A DNA stretch of 64,000 bases from assembly GCA_020536535.1 (NCBI GenBank), contig JAHLWZ010000797.1, positions 62,001 to 126,000 of the forward strand, in the 5' to 3' direction. The translations under genes and the position numbers were made by a program. The notes beneath the pieces were generated by a model. It saw only the letters and a list, made by a program, of their open reading frames with translations. It was not told the DNA's origin and searched no databases. Origin of the DNA: Pelomyxa schiedti (Eukaryota; Protista; Evosea). Shown in pieces: positions 25,049 through 36,054 of the stretch (positions are counted from its first letter, which is position 1; each line of letters begins with the position of its first letter).

Positions 25049-28000
25049 CTAGTGGTACATTGGGTGTTGGGACTCCAACAAGTGTAAAAGGGTTGTACAG
25101 TTACTGCTACAGGAGCCGGGGAAATAAACATCATACCGTTGTTGTGTCTCTGTGCCTAGAATAATGTGAGAACTAGCTTGAAAATCTGGAGGAGGTACCT
25201 ATTTTTGAAAGGAATAGGCTAGAAGGTTCCGCTTGTGGCGGCAAGCTACTTATGAACACTCTTGGTACATCGGTTCCTACCTGTTTAAATTTTAGAAGCT
25301 GATGGGAGTGATTCGATATTGGAACCATGTTGGCCATAGCGGAAACAGTTGGCGGCAGGGAGGTTCCAAGAAGTATAAAAAGGTCACACTAGCGGTGCAT
25401 ATTAGTACTTTGGAATAACTAGGTTAGGTGGTTGTGCCTGGGAAATATCTTCATCCACAAGTTGAAAAAATCTACTTGGGAGTTGATCTCCAGTAAATAC
25501 AAGGTCTAAAGCGAAAGCTCAGTTAGGTGGAACTTAAAAGCCCTAGCTGACCTGGTTTGATTATTTCGTGACAATTGGTGCACAGTGGAACTTGGTCAAT
25601 GTCCAAACAACCTTCCTTAGTTAGAGAAAAGGCTAGGGTGTACTGAGTACTTTTTAGGTAATCGAAATTGTAACCCTTCCCACAGTAGATGCAAATCCCA
25701 CTGAGGAAAGAGCCATTGATGTGCACAATTTTTGAAAAAGGTATTCCTTACACTTTCATTAATTTCTTTCAAAGTAACACAGTACTGTCTTTTTTTCTAC
25801 CAGAAGAATACTCGAGCATATCAATGTTAGTTGTATACACTCTACATAATACATCCATATCAGATAATAATCTTGCCATATTATGTGCTGCTCCTGGCTT
25901 CATTTTTTGTTGTTTGTGACAAGTGGGTACTGCTGGAGAAGTCTTACACGTAATAGCCCTGGTGTAAGTAAGGCCCTTCCAAACGAATAAGCAGCCACAG
26001 GATTTTTCAAAAACGTTCTATTACCACAGTTATGACTTGTTTGAGGGTAGTTGTCTTGTGGTGCATCTATGCGAAACTACAGATTAGATACAAACTGTTT
26101 TTGAAAAAAGAGAGAGACATCAGATATTCCAAAGTGTTGTTGGAGGTCATCTTGAGAAATGGAGGTTAAGTCAGGCACTCCTGTCCCCTCACTTGCAAGT
26201 TCACCACTTTGGAGGATAATTATTAGTCCTTGCAGGGAAACAAGCTTGTTTGCATGTACATACATGACTACAACGATATTTTTAAACCGTGATTGTAATA
26301 TAGTACCAGCGACCTCATTCAATGTATTCAAAGTGAAATCTCGTTTGGTGGGTTGAAGTTTGAGAGTTTCTGATATCAATTGCTGTAATGTGATGTCATC
26401 TTAACACCTAGTAAGGAAAAAAACAATCACAAAATGGGTGAACGAACTTTCTTGTTCCTGTTTGTTTCTCAGGGTTTGCACAATGACATCAATTTCCTTT
26501 TAGGCGTGTTACAGACATGAGGGTAATTCATAATGTACCGATGACTCAGGCTTAAGGTTACATTGAGTGCACCTTAAGATTTTAAGTTGGCATAAATTTT
26601 GCGGGACACATACCATACAACGAAATCTTCGGTAAGGGCGAGTGTTATGTAGTGTGTGCTTTTTTGGGCGTGCACAGCCATATGACCTTGTTTCCCTTGG
26701 TCAGGAGGAGAACCTATGCTAACAGACGACGATGACGTTGGAGAAAGCCAATGAGAGAGAGATGAGCTGGTCTTCCTCAGTGAGAGTCTGTATGTAGGTG
26801 GAGCTCTCGAAGGTGGGGGAGGTGGGGGTGGGGGTGGAGGGGGAGGTGGAGGTGGAGGTGGGGGCACAGAGGGATTTGATGGATTTGCAATAGACTGTGA
26901 TGTGGAAAGTTGTGCGGAATCGGAAATTAATGGCAGTGGAAGTGAAGGTGACTGCGAAGGTGAAGGAGGTGTGTTTTGGAAAGATGAGGAGAGAGAAATG
27001 GTAATTGGTGGGGGGTCAGTTAAATCACTGGCCCTTAAATGAGGAGAAGAGGGAGGAGAAGAAAGGCGTAGCCTAGAGGTTCCACAGGCAATGTGACCAC
27101 ATTTCAAGCACAAAAGTAGTTGCTTTGTAGTACCACATTCTTTACAAGAGATGGATGCAACTGGACAAAAAGTTAGACATAACTTTTGGGTGTTTTTGGA
27201 CAGTATTGCCCCAACGTACGGCTAGCCAAAGGAATGCATTTTGACGGCGCCACCTGATGAGTGTGAGGGCATTTGGACCTTCTCAAGGGTGTGCGGGATT
27301 CCGTAGGAACTGTGCTGGTTCCTGCCTGGTGAGTAGAAGAAGCACCCGAGCTCGAGGCCGTCGACGCGGTGCTGGCTCCTGACTGACTATTACCCGGTGA
27401 TATGGAACCCGTACGGCGGAAAGTAGGAACAACGGTTCCCACCGATGCAAGCGTGGCGAAAGTCAACGGGGCCGCGTTCCCGGCATTCACGGCGTCCCTC
27501 TCTTTCTCAAGAATCTTCCTGCGAGCTTCCTTCGGGTTCATCGTCGGGTCGCAGTGCTTGCTGTCGGCCTCGGTCGGAATGGCCACCGGCGGCGGGGTGG
27601 TCGACGTCGCCGGCGCACTCACGGCATTGTTGGTACCGCCAGAGCCACTCGCCGCCGATGAAGAGGCAGAGGCAGAGGCAGAAGCGGCAGAAGCAGCCGC
27701 AGAACTTGTGGCGGCGGCGGCGAGCTGCTCGCGGGGCAGAGGGAGCGGCCTGGTGACCACAGGCCCGCTGGGGGTGACGCCCCCATTTGGCGGCAGGACC
27801 GCGGGAGACAGGGGAGGAGACTTCACGGTCGTTATTGGGGACGGCGGGGGGCTCCTGGCTGTGTGAGGGAGCGGGAGTTTGCGTATCCCGAAGGAGGACG
27901 GGAGGGCCGCGGAGGCTGAGGCCGAGGCGGAGGGGGAGGAGGAGGGGGAGGCCTCACCCTTAGAAGAGACGGAGGACGAGGCTGCTGCGGCGGCCGCGGC

Positions 28001-28165
28001 GGCAGTGAACAGCTTGATGTACTCGGCCATCTTGGGGGACGTCCCGGGGCTCGCTGTCCTCACTGCGGGGTGGGAACTGGAGGTTGTAGTATTAGATACG
28101 GTCGCGCTAGACAGCGACGGCACCGGCGCCGGCGAGGGCGTGGCTCGCCTCCCACGCGTTGTCAT
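25049..28165 (-). CDS. ZnF-UBP + Sir2 (class I-like) sirtuin, apparently catalytically inactive
   Basis: Ser/Ala-rich N-terminus. ZnF-UBP: CKECGTTKQLLLCLKCGHIACG...GHMAVHAQKSTH. Sir2 domain: GELASEGTGVPDLTS, TTNIDMLE, IVHINGSF, CIYC...CTNC, KP|DLVFTGD, CDLFILLGTSL and DVPRVFI. Confidence 0.85.
26812..26864 (-). repeat. Poly-proline-encoding triplet repeat
   Basis: GGN triplets on the + strand encode a run of about 18 Pro on the - strand. Confidence 0.9.
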
Positions 28166-28342
28166 CGCCAACGAACGAAAGTGTGTTGCTTCTGTTCAAT
28201 CTCAAAGAGTCATCATGCTCATGGAAGGTCAGTACTCACTGTGACACCTTTCTAAAGGGGATTTGAGCGCTGATCACTATGCCGTTACTGGGGGGAGCAA
28301 ACACTCTGAGGGTTGAATCTCAGAAGAATTGAGAACAATAAA

Positions 28343-31300
28343 ATGGACGACGAGCGGCAGGGTGACGAAGTTCTGAGGGGACTTCTTACGGAATTGAGAA
28401 CCGAGAGGCAGGTAATTGGTGTCAAGGGGGCGTTGGACAGGTTGGTGCAGTGGTGCGCCGGGCAAAGCGGATCGAAAAATGCGGATCTGTCTGGTGCCGT
28501 GTGGAGGTGGACTAAGATTGCCGGAGATGCGACTTGTTGTTTGTTGCATGTGGTGTTGGTTGACTGGAGGGCATGCCTTACTGCAAGAGAGAGGAAGGCG
28601 CTCTTTGACGACTTGTTCAATGTTTGGATGTCACATTTGGGACTGTGGATTGGGTTGAATTCTGCAGCGATCTTGCCTGCGGAATTGACTTGTACAATTT
28701 CTTTCTTTTCTTTTTTTTCTCCGTCTAGAATGACGCACTTCTGTGACAGACAATCAAAGACAAGACATTATGGATTACCTTGTTGAACTTCTTCGTGGCT
28801 TCATCGGGGAAGAGAATACTGCCTCCGGCTCGCGCTTCTGTGGCTTGATTGAAGACCTCTTGACGCTAGACGATGCTGGAAAACTGTCTAAAAATCTGGA
28901 TTCGGATGCGCTTTGGTCCCATGTGTTAATGTGTATTGGCACCATTCCTACAAGGGTCTTTAACGTGATGAGTGAAAGGGCACCCCTCTTTGTTCAGAAT
29001 AAGTCAGTTTGCCGCGCCTTGTAATTCCCTATAACTGGATGCAGGGAGTGGACGAGACGGATCAGTTTGCAGTGCTGTCTGCTTCTTAAAAAGTACAGCA
29101 CCAGCCAAGCAAAGCCACAATTATGTGTACTTGTTGGGAAAATACTTGGAAGACTCTGCCGGCTTGGATGCCCAGGCATGTTACCTACCTCTGTTTCTCT
29201 GGAGTTGTGAGTCTGGCCTCATGTGATGGTGTGGTCTGCTTTTTGTCTTATCCCACTGTGCATGTGACCATTTTCTGAGCACGCACTAACTTGCATCTTC
29301 TCCCTTTCAAATGCACTACAAAGAGTGTGCAGCAGCGCCTATAATCAGTCTCCTTGAATCAAGTACACATAAAATCACTCTTTTGCCAGCAGTGCTGGAG
29401 CATGTACCGGACTCTGAGCTGGAAAACATCACGGGCGCTCTTCTTCTCCAATCACGTGGTAAAAAAAAATAGCAGGAACTTATTTGGGTGTAATTGCATG
29501 CAGAAACAACAAATGTGTCACTCACTGAAGCTCTATCTCAGTTACGGGACCGCAAGCACTTCAAATTCTTGCTTGTCAATAAGTTCACTCTAGTTCGAGT
29601 GTTTCCTATCAGTGTGATAAAGATATTATGTGGGGTGATTATGAAGTGTGGTTTCATTCCTTTATCTCTGGAGGCTATACTTAAAGCTTGGAGCACATCC
29701 ACATTTGTAACTCACTGCCCTCTTGAACAGCATGCTTGTAATCTCCCCCGTCTATCACCCTTCATGACTGTTGACCTTTGTTCAGACATTAATTTCCTTC
29801 TCCTTGAAATTATGCAACTTGCGCTGGAGAGTGAGGTTACAGCGAGAATAGCTTTAATCTTAGAAGGCATACAAGTTCACATGTACAACTCCACTAGTGA
29901 AATAAAGATCATGGGTCTGGTGAGATCCCACCCTTCTCTCGTTTGGTCTAACACAAACAGAAAGTGGCTGAAGCTCTGTCAATCATAATGCATAAGCCAA
30001 TTACTTTTTCAGAGCTTCACCGAGAAAAGGAGAGTGCCTCTAAGCCACCCTCCTCTGAGAGCAGCACTGTCAATACTCCTCTTGAACCAACTAATTCACC
30101 TGTGAGTAAGCCTTCTGCTGATAACCATGAGAAACCCAAGCACAAAAAATGTTCCCTTTCTCTGTTGTAAAATGAAGTAACCAGCAACAAAAGTGATCGA
30201 GGTGGACCCAGATGAAGTTGTAAATCTTAGTGACCCAGGTATCCAATCTCATTTGGACTTTAATTAAACTAAATCAAATTCCAGAGTACGAAAGTGAGGA
30301 AGAAGATGGCCCTGCAGAGGAAGACCAAGGAAAACTGTGTTCAAATGGAGACGAGTTTCAGCCTTACGATCTGACTGATGACAAGTCGGACCTTGCACCT
30401 TTCAAGACCCCAAAGTCAGTCTTTTAGTTCCCCTTTGAAACTTTTGCATGGAAGCGTGCAAAGTAAATGAGCACCCAGGTATATTCGGCAAGCATACGCC
30501 CTTCTACAGGAGCACTCTGATGACCTTGATGCCACCTTGGCGGCACTCAAATCTATTATTGCAATTTCAAAAGAGAAGCCACACGCACTAGGTTCCTCTG
30601 CAAAAACCCAAAGATCCATCATTTTAATAATAAATAACCAGTGGAACTTGCTGAGAAGCTCACAATGGCCGTTCTTCACGTTAGTAACAAGTGGAGTTGC
30701 CCGGAAATCAAGCCATTGAGAAACCAGGCCCTTCTTTCACTTGCTGTAATGTGTCCCGATGTGACTCCTGGGTTTGTTTTGCGTTCACCTTGATCCATCT
30801 CACCCCCTACCAGCGTCCTTGTATCTCTTTTTTACAACTCGTCAAGCACTAATTATGACCGAGAAATTATTCTCACAACCCTCAGCGACGCTGCTGACCA
30901 ACTCAGTGGCAGCCAGAAGGTACCTTAGGCATCACTCTTTTCCACTCCACCTGAACGTTTTCCAAATAATAGAAAGAGGCGCAATCAGCACCCCAAGCAC
31001 CGCCTCGCCCATTAATTGAGGAAGTTGTACATGACAATAAACTCCCCACAGAGATGATAATTGGTCAATCAACACGAAGATGGCACAAGAAGCCATCCAC
31101 ACCTCCTGTTATCATACACAATCAGCTCCTGCCTATTGTGCACCAAATTTTCTATCCTATGCTGCAAAATTATGATAAGCATATGTGTGTATACTGTGCC
31201 CATTCGTGGCCAAATTTAACTTCAAAGTAGACCTACATTGGACCTTCTTTCAGAAGGTGCACTTCTATCCCACTTTACCCTAGTAATGGGAAACATCCTT

Positions 31301-31761
31301 TGCAATTCAGGTTAGTACTTGATTTTTTTTGTTGTCTCCTAAACTATGACCACTAGAAAACTCTCCCAGTTTTGTTCACATGTGCCTGTGTATGCTTGAT
31401 TTCCTCTATGCTATACACAGGCACAAAGAACCTTCTGTAAGACGCTGCATACTTGTTACTCTACACAGGTGGGAAAATTTCAACTTTTATGCTTTTAATT
31501 CTTGATGCAGGATTTTGTGCCTTTGCTCCCCTCGGGTGATTGCCACAGAATTGTCACGTAAACTCGGCCCTTTTGAGCCATGGCTTCAAGGTGGGAAGGG
31601 ATAAACAAACTGATGGCACTACTAATATACACTCAGATGTCACAAATCCAACTACAGGGGACCCTGATCCCGATTGTTGCTTTTTTGCTACCAAAGTTCT
31701 TGGTGTATTGGAGGCCAAACTTCATGTATTAGTGCGAGCACCAGACACTGATTCACTTTGA
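28343..31761 (+). CDS. TELO2: Telomere length regulation protein TEL2 (TTT complex)
   Basis: Multi-exon HEAT-like protein with DEFQPYDLTDD and the C-terminal GDPDPDCCFFATKVLGVL motif characteristic of TEL2. Confidence 0.8.
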
Positions 31762-31876
31762 CCACAGTTTTGGATCCATTTTTCTAATTCATACAATAAT
31801 TGGCGCCAATCCCCGGCATTTACGAACTCTTAGCACCTCAATTCCTATGTACAAATTATAACATAAAATCGAGGAA

Positions 31877-32199
31877 ATGCAGCAGAAGGAAATGGCTGAC
31901 ATTGCAGTGCTGTTGACAGAGCTTGGTGTGAGACCGAACTTTTTTGAGTTGTGGTTTGTTCTCATCCAACAAAAGAAAAGAAACAATCTCGGTTGTTGCA
32001 ATGTGAAGAGATGCTTCTACAAGCAAACAAGGCTCTGGATCTTGGCGTGTCAGTTCTTGTTGCGGCCACTCAAGCCATGTGGGACGAGATTTGCGGTGAC
32101 AAGCCCAAACCTGATGAAATGGGAAACCCAGCGATCCAACCAACCAAGGTTGTACCACCTCCCTCATCCTCCAATCTCGCCCAATCCGTGGAAGAGTGA
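31877..32199 (+). CDS. Small (~90 aa) coiled-coil protein
   Basis: One in-frame GT-AG intron gives MQQKEMADIAVLLTELEKKQSRLLQCEEMLLQANKALDLGVSVLVAATQAMWDEICGDKPKP...SVEE*. Confidence 0.6.
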
Positions 32200-32339
32200 C
32201 ATGCCCCACAAACATCCAATACCCCGAAAGCCGCCAAACAGGCGGTTTTTTTCATTTCAAATAAACAGCAAACGGCGAACAAGCCAAGGAGGCCACACAA
32301 AACATTCGAAACCAAACCAAACAAAGTTTCAAATAAACA

Positions 32340-34641
32340 ATGAGTACAGAAGCCCCACCAAGCACCGTTTGTGCTACTTCGACGTGCTCTGCCACAGCAA
32401 CTAGCGCGTCTGCATCTGCGTCTGCGTCTGCGTCGGCGTCGGCGTCGGCGACGCACGTTGGTGCTAGTGTTCACGGCGACGCGAGTAGCAACGCGCCGCC
32501 ACGTCATAGCGCCGATCTGCCAAAGACACTGAGACGTATTCAACTGCCACCTGGGAAGCCATGCAAGTTGTGTGAGCTGAGGTCACACGAGATTGTACTA
32601 ATGGAGGTCTGTGGCACGCCCACCCAACATTCACTAAAATTGTCTAACTGGCTTTTCCACCTGTTTTTTTTTTTTTTTTTTACCTCTAGAACTGCAAAGA
32701 CAACAAAATCCTTCTTAGAATGAATCAAAGGCTGTCAATGATTGTGTTTGTTAATTGCGAGTATGTATTTTAGGAAACCTAATTCCTGTAAACAACACTC
32801 TCTTTAGAAATTGTATTGTGAAACTTTTGGACTCTGCTCTTTTGACGTCTAGGACTACTCGCCTCATCAATTGCAGAAATTGTGAATTCGTGTTTGAGGG
32901 TATGTTCTTATTGTAAGGTCTTTTCTAACTAGGAAGGTAGATATCGATTCTCGTAAAGTAGAATGTTTTGGGTTACAAGAGAATCGGCTGGTTTTCATTG
33001 GTGACACTGTGTTGCTTGAGTCCCAAGTTGTTATTTTCCGTGATGGTCAGTGAATACAATCCTAGTTGATGACTTAACTCTTTGCTAGGGTGTGTAGGCA
33101 ACCGGATTGCTACAGCAGAGATAACCAGCAACGAGATCATTGATATCACTTATGATGTATCTTCCTTGTGGAGTACTCCAGTACGTAACAAAATACTAGA
33201 TAGAGAAAGTTGTCGAAGTACCTCCTAGTGATAGTGACCAGTGGGTTGGTTACCTGGACCAAGCAAGAAATATCAATTTCGTTCGCTTGACCGAGTCTGG
33301 AGCCTTTAATCCGGTTGGTGAAGGTCTATTGTTATGGTCTAACTCAAATTTAGGTGGGTGCAGCTCATATTCAAAAACTCCTACCCTTCATACAAGCATC
33401 CCTTCCCGGAGATGATGCATTTAACCAGCCAACTGCCCGTGTCACAGCACAACAAATTCTTGATGCCCTAGAAGTGGTAGCCAAAGTTCCCAAGGTTGAC
33501 GAGGAACTAATCAGTATGGCATACGATGCTGAAAGGAGAGAGTATCATGAACCGCTGGAATCTGTGAAAGCCAAAGTCTATATTAAAATATAATTCGCCA
33601 CTTCTCAATCCTCTCTAGGCAAAGATTGTAGCTGATATGATACTGGCATCGAAGCATACAGTTGTGTATTCAGGTGCTGGCATAAGTACCAGCTCGGGTG
33701 GGTACAAGGCTTCTCAGTTAACCATTTAAATGTACTTAAGGAATTGGCGATTTCCGGGGACCGACTGGCCTGTGGACTTGCCAAGATAAGGTAAATGCTT
33801 TTTTGTCTCCTTTACTTTATGGGTTATCAATGACAATCACTAGGGAATTCATGTTAAAAGTAAAACATACAAAGAAGTTGAACCAACGTATGCTCACTAC
33901 GCCATTACTGCTCTGGCAAAGCGGCAGCTGGTGCATTTTATCTTCACCACAAATGTTGACGGGTTACATCTTCGCAGGTATCTTCAGTTTCATAGGTTTT
34001 ATTGTTTTGATAACGTCACAGTGGTATGCCGATGCATATGGTTGTGGAAATTCATGGCTCTTGCTACAGGGAAGTTTGCAAGAATTGCAAAAAGGTCGAA
34101 ATTCCAGTAATACTTGGAGACCTTATTTTCCCAAGGTGTTTATGCGGGACTACGATATCTGGAATGATTCCGTGCAATCTTACACAAACCATTGGACAGG
34201 GCGGTACTGCGACTTCTGTGGCGGCAATCTCCTAGATACCGGCGTTGCCTTCGGAGAAACATACAGAGACCCACTTGATGCAGTCAAATCTACCTACCAC
34301 GCAAGGAAAGCCACACTGGCAATAATTCTTGGCACCTCCATGAACGTCCAGAGCTCCGCATCCTACCCAGAAAAGGTACGTGACATTCTCCCATAACACA
34401 GCTCATTTACCAAAAACCACAGTGCCTTAGGAACAATGGACACATGGTTCTCGTCAACCTCCAGGCCACACCTTATGACGCAGTCATGCAACAAGAGGGC
34501 AATGTGCGTGTTTGGGCCCCCATTGACCAGTTCCTCAGTCTTGTTGCCGAGCACCTGTCACTGGATGTTCCTATGATAACTGACATAAGACCTCAGTGGC
34601 ATGAGCCTGAACCCCAGAAGGGTTGGTGTAACATACTTTAA
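32340..34641 (+). CDS. SIRT6/7-type (class IV) sirtuin with N-terminal C-CAP/CARP-like beta-helix and C-terminal CaaX
   Basis: Intron 33576-33618 joins EYHEPLESVKAK to AKIVADMILASKHTVVYSGAGISTSSG|IGDFRGPTGLWT. Downstream motifs TTNVDGLH, EIHGS, CKNC...CDFC, FGE and LGTSM. The protein ends QKGWCNIL*. N-terminal repeats: MENCKDNKILL, FVNCENCIVKL and LINCRNCEFVF. Confidence 0.9.
32404..32450 (+). repeat. Hexamer repeat (GCGTCT/GCGTCG)n encoding Ala-Ser
   Basis: Directly visible tandem repeat in the first exon of the class IV sirtuin gene. Confidence 0.85.
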
Positions 34642-34779
34642 GAGGGAGGGTTCCTACTGTAAACCCTTGATAACCACGGATACAACAGATTGGCCGTAGA
34701 ACCGCTGTCATTCTAACCTCACTCAGACTGAGGCAGGAAAAATACTAAAAGGATGGATTCACACCCAACAGATTTTTTT

Positions 34780-35998
34780 TTATTCTGTTGTCCTTGCTCC
34801 ATCATGGGCCTTCTCTTCCTGGGAGGGTGTGGTAGTTGTGGAGATGGGTTCAGATGTGGTTGTGGTTTCACAGTTTGATGTTTGTTTTGTGGGGGATTGG
34901 TGTGTATCAGTTTCTGGAATTGGGAGGTGTTGAGAGTTGTCTTCTTTTTGCCTGGTTCCAACCTTTTTCTGCTTTGGCTTGAGCTTCCTCACTTTTGACA
35001 ATTGGCCATGTCCTACTTGTATATCAACAAGCAGTCGGAATGGCTTCAAAACCGCATCAACAATGGAAGGGTTTTGGTCCAGTGCCGATACACAGAAGGC
35101 AACTGCTTCACATGTGGACAAACCATTAGGAATCTCCTTCCGTATTCGATATTCAGATAGCGGTGGCTTGGCAAAGGCAACCTTTTTTTTTTCCTGGTGA
35201 GTAACAAATACCATTATGAAATATAGGTGTAAGGACCACACACCCTTCTCAGAGCTTTTAATTCGGGATTAAACCGAAGCAACCTGTCGGTCTGGTACCA
35301 AGTGCCATCCAGAACAAACAAATTGAAGATGGAACTGTTGCTCACAGTGGTATCAATTATGTTGCCCGTCTCATGCTCTCTCAAGTCTGAATCTGTTGCA
35401 TGGCAGAGACTCTCGGTGGATTGTGTTGTGTGATGTGATAGCTGCTGTTCCTCCGGTTGTGAGTTTGGTTGGGGCGGTGAATTTAGTGACAAGGAATCGA
35501 ACTGCTCTGCGAGGATATTTGGCTCAATGGCCCCATCACCGGGGTACAAGAGGAGTGCATTTGGTTGTTTCATCAGTTCACAAACATGTGAAGGTAGAGA
35601 ATGCAGGTGTCTTGTGACAAATACATCGACATATTTGAGTGCAAGTTGTATGAGGAATACTGTGTTTTTGCTGGATTTTGTTTCCACTGGATGCTGTGTA
35701 AGGAGTTAAATGGTGTACGAAATCAACATTAGATATAGTTTTACACAACTGTTTAGAAAGGTGGTTTTACTTGCAGAATGAAAATATGCGTCCTAGTTTC
35801 TAAGGGCTCAGGAGGAAGTGCACGACACAAACAAACGCTGATTGCCCGTCTTCATCCCGTTAAAAGAAGAAAGAATACAAAACAAAAGGGTTTTGTGTAC
35901 TTGCACTTCCCACAAGTAGGTCTTTTGGGCTTGGGGGTGCTCGCGGCAGTGGTGGGCTCCGGCAGCGGGAGAGGGAGCTCAGGAGTTTCGTCTCCCAT
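34780..35998 (-). CDS. DTWD2: DTW-domain tRNA-uridine aminocarboxypropyltransferase (DTWD2/TapT-like)
   Basis: CGKCK|RAISVCLC, LLLYPG, LFVLDGTW, SEYRIRKE and GLSTCEAVA motifs. Confidence 0.9.
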
Positions 35999-36054
35999 CA
36001 CGATCAAACGGGCAAGTTTCTCTCGATTTTTTCTTATTAAATTGTTGTCTGGGC
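35999..36054. promoter_or_regulatory. Candidate minimal bidirectional promoter/5'UTR region between the DTW and HAT1 genes
   Basis: Only 56 bp separate the divergent ATGs at 35998 (-) and 36055 (+). Confidence 0.5.
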
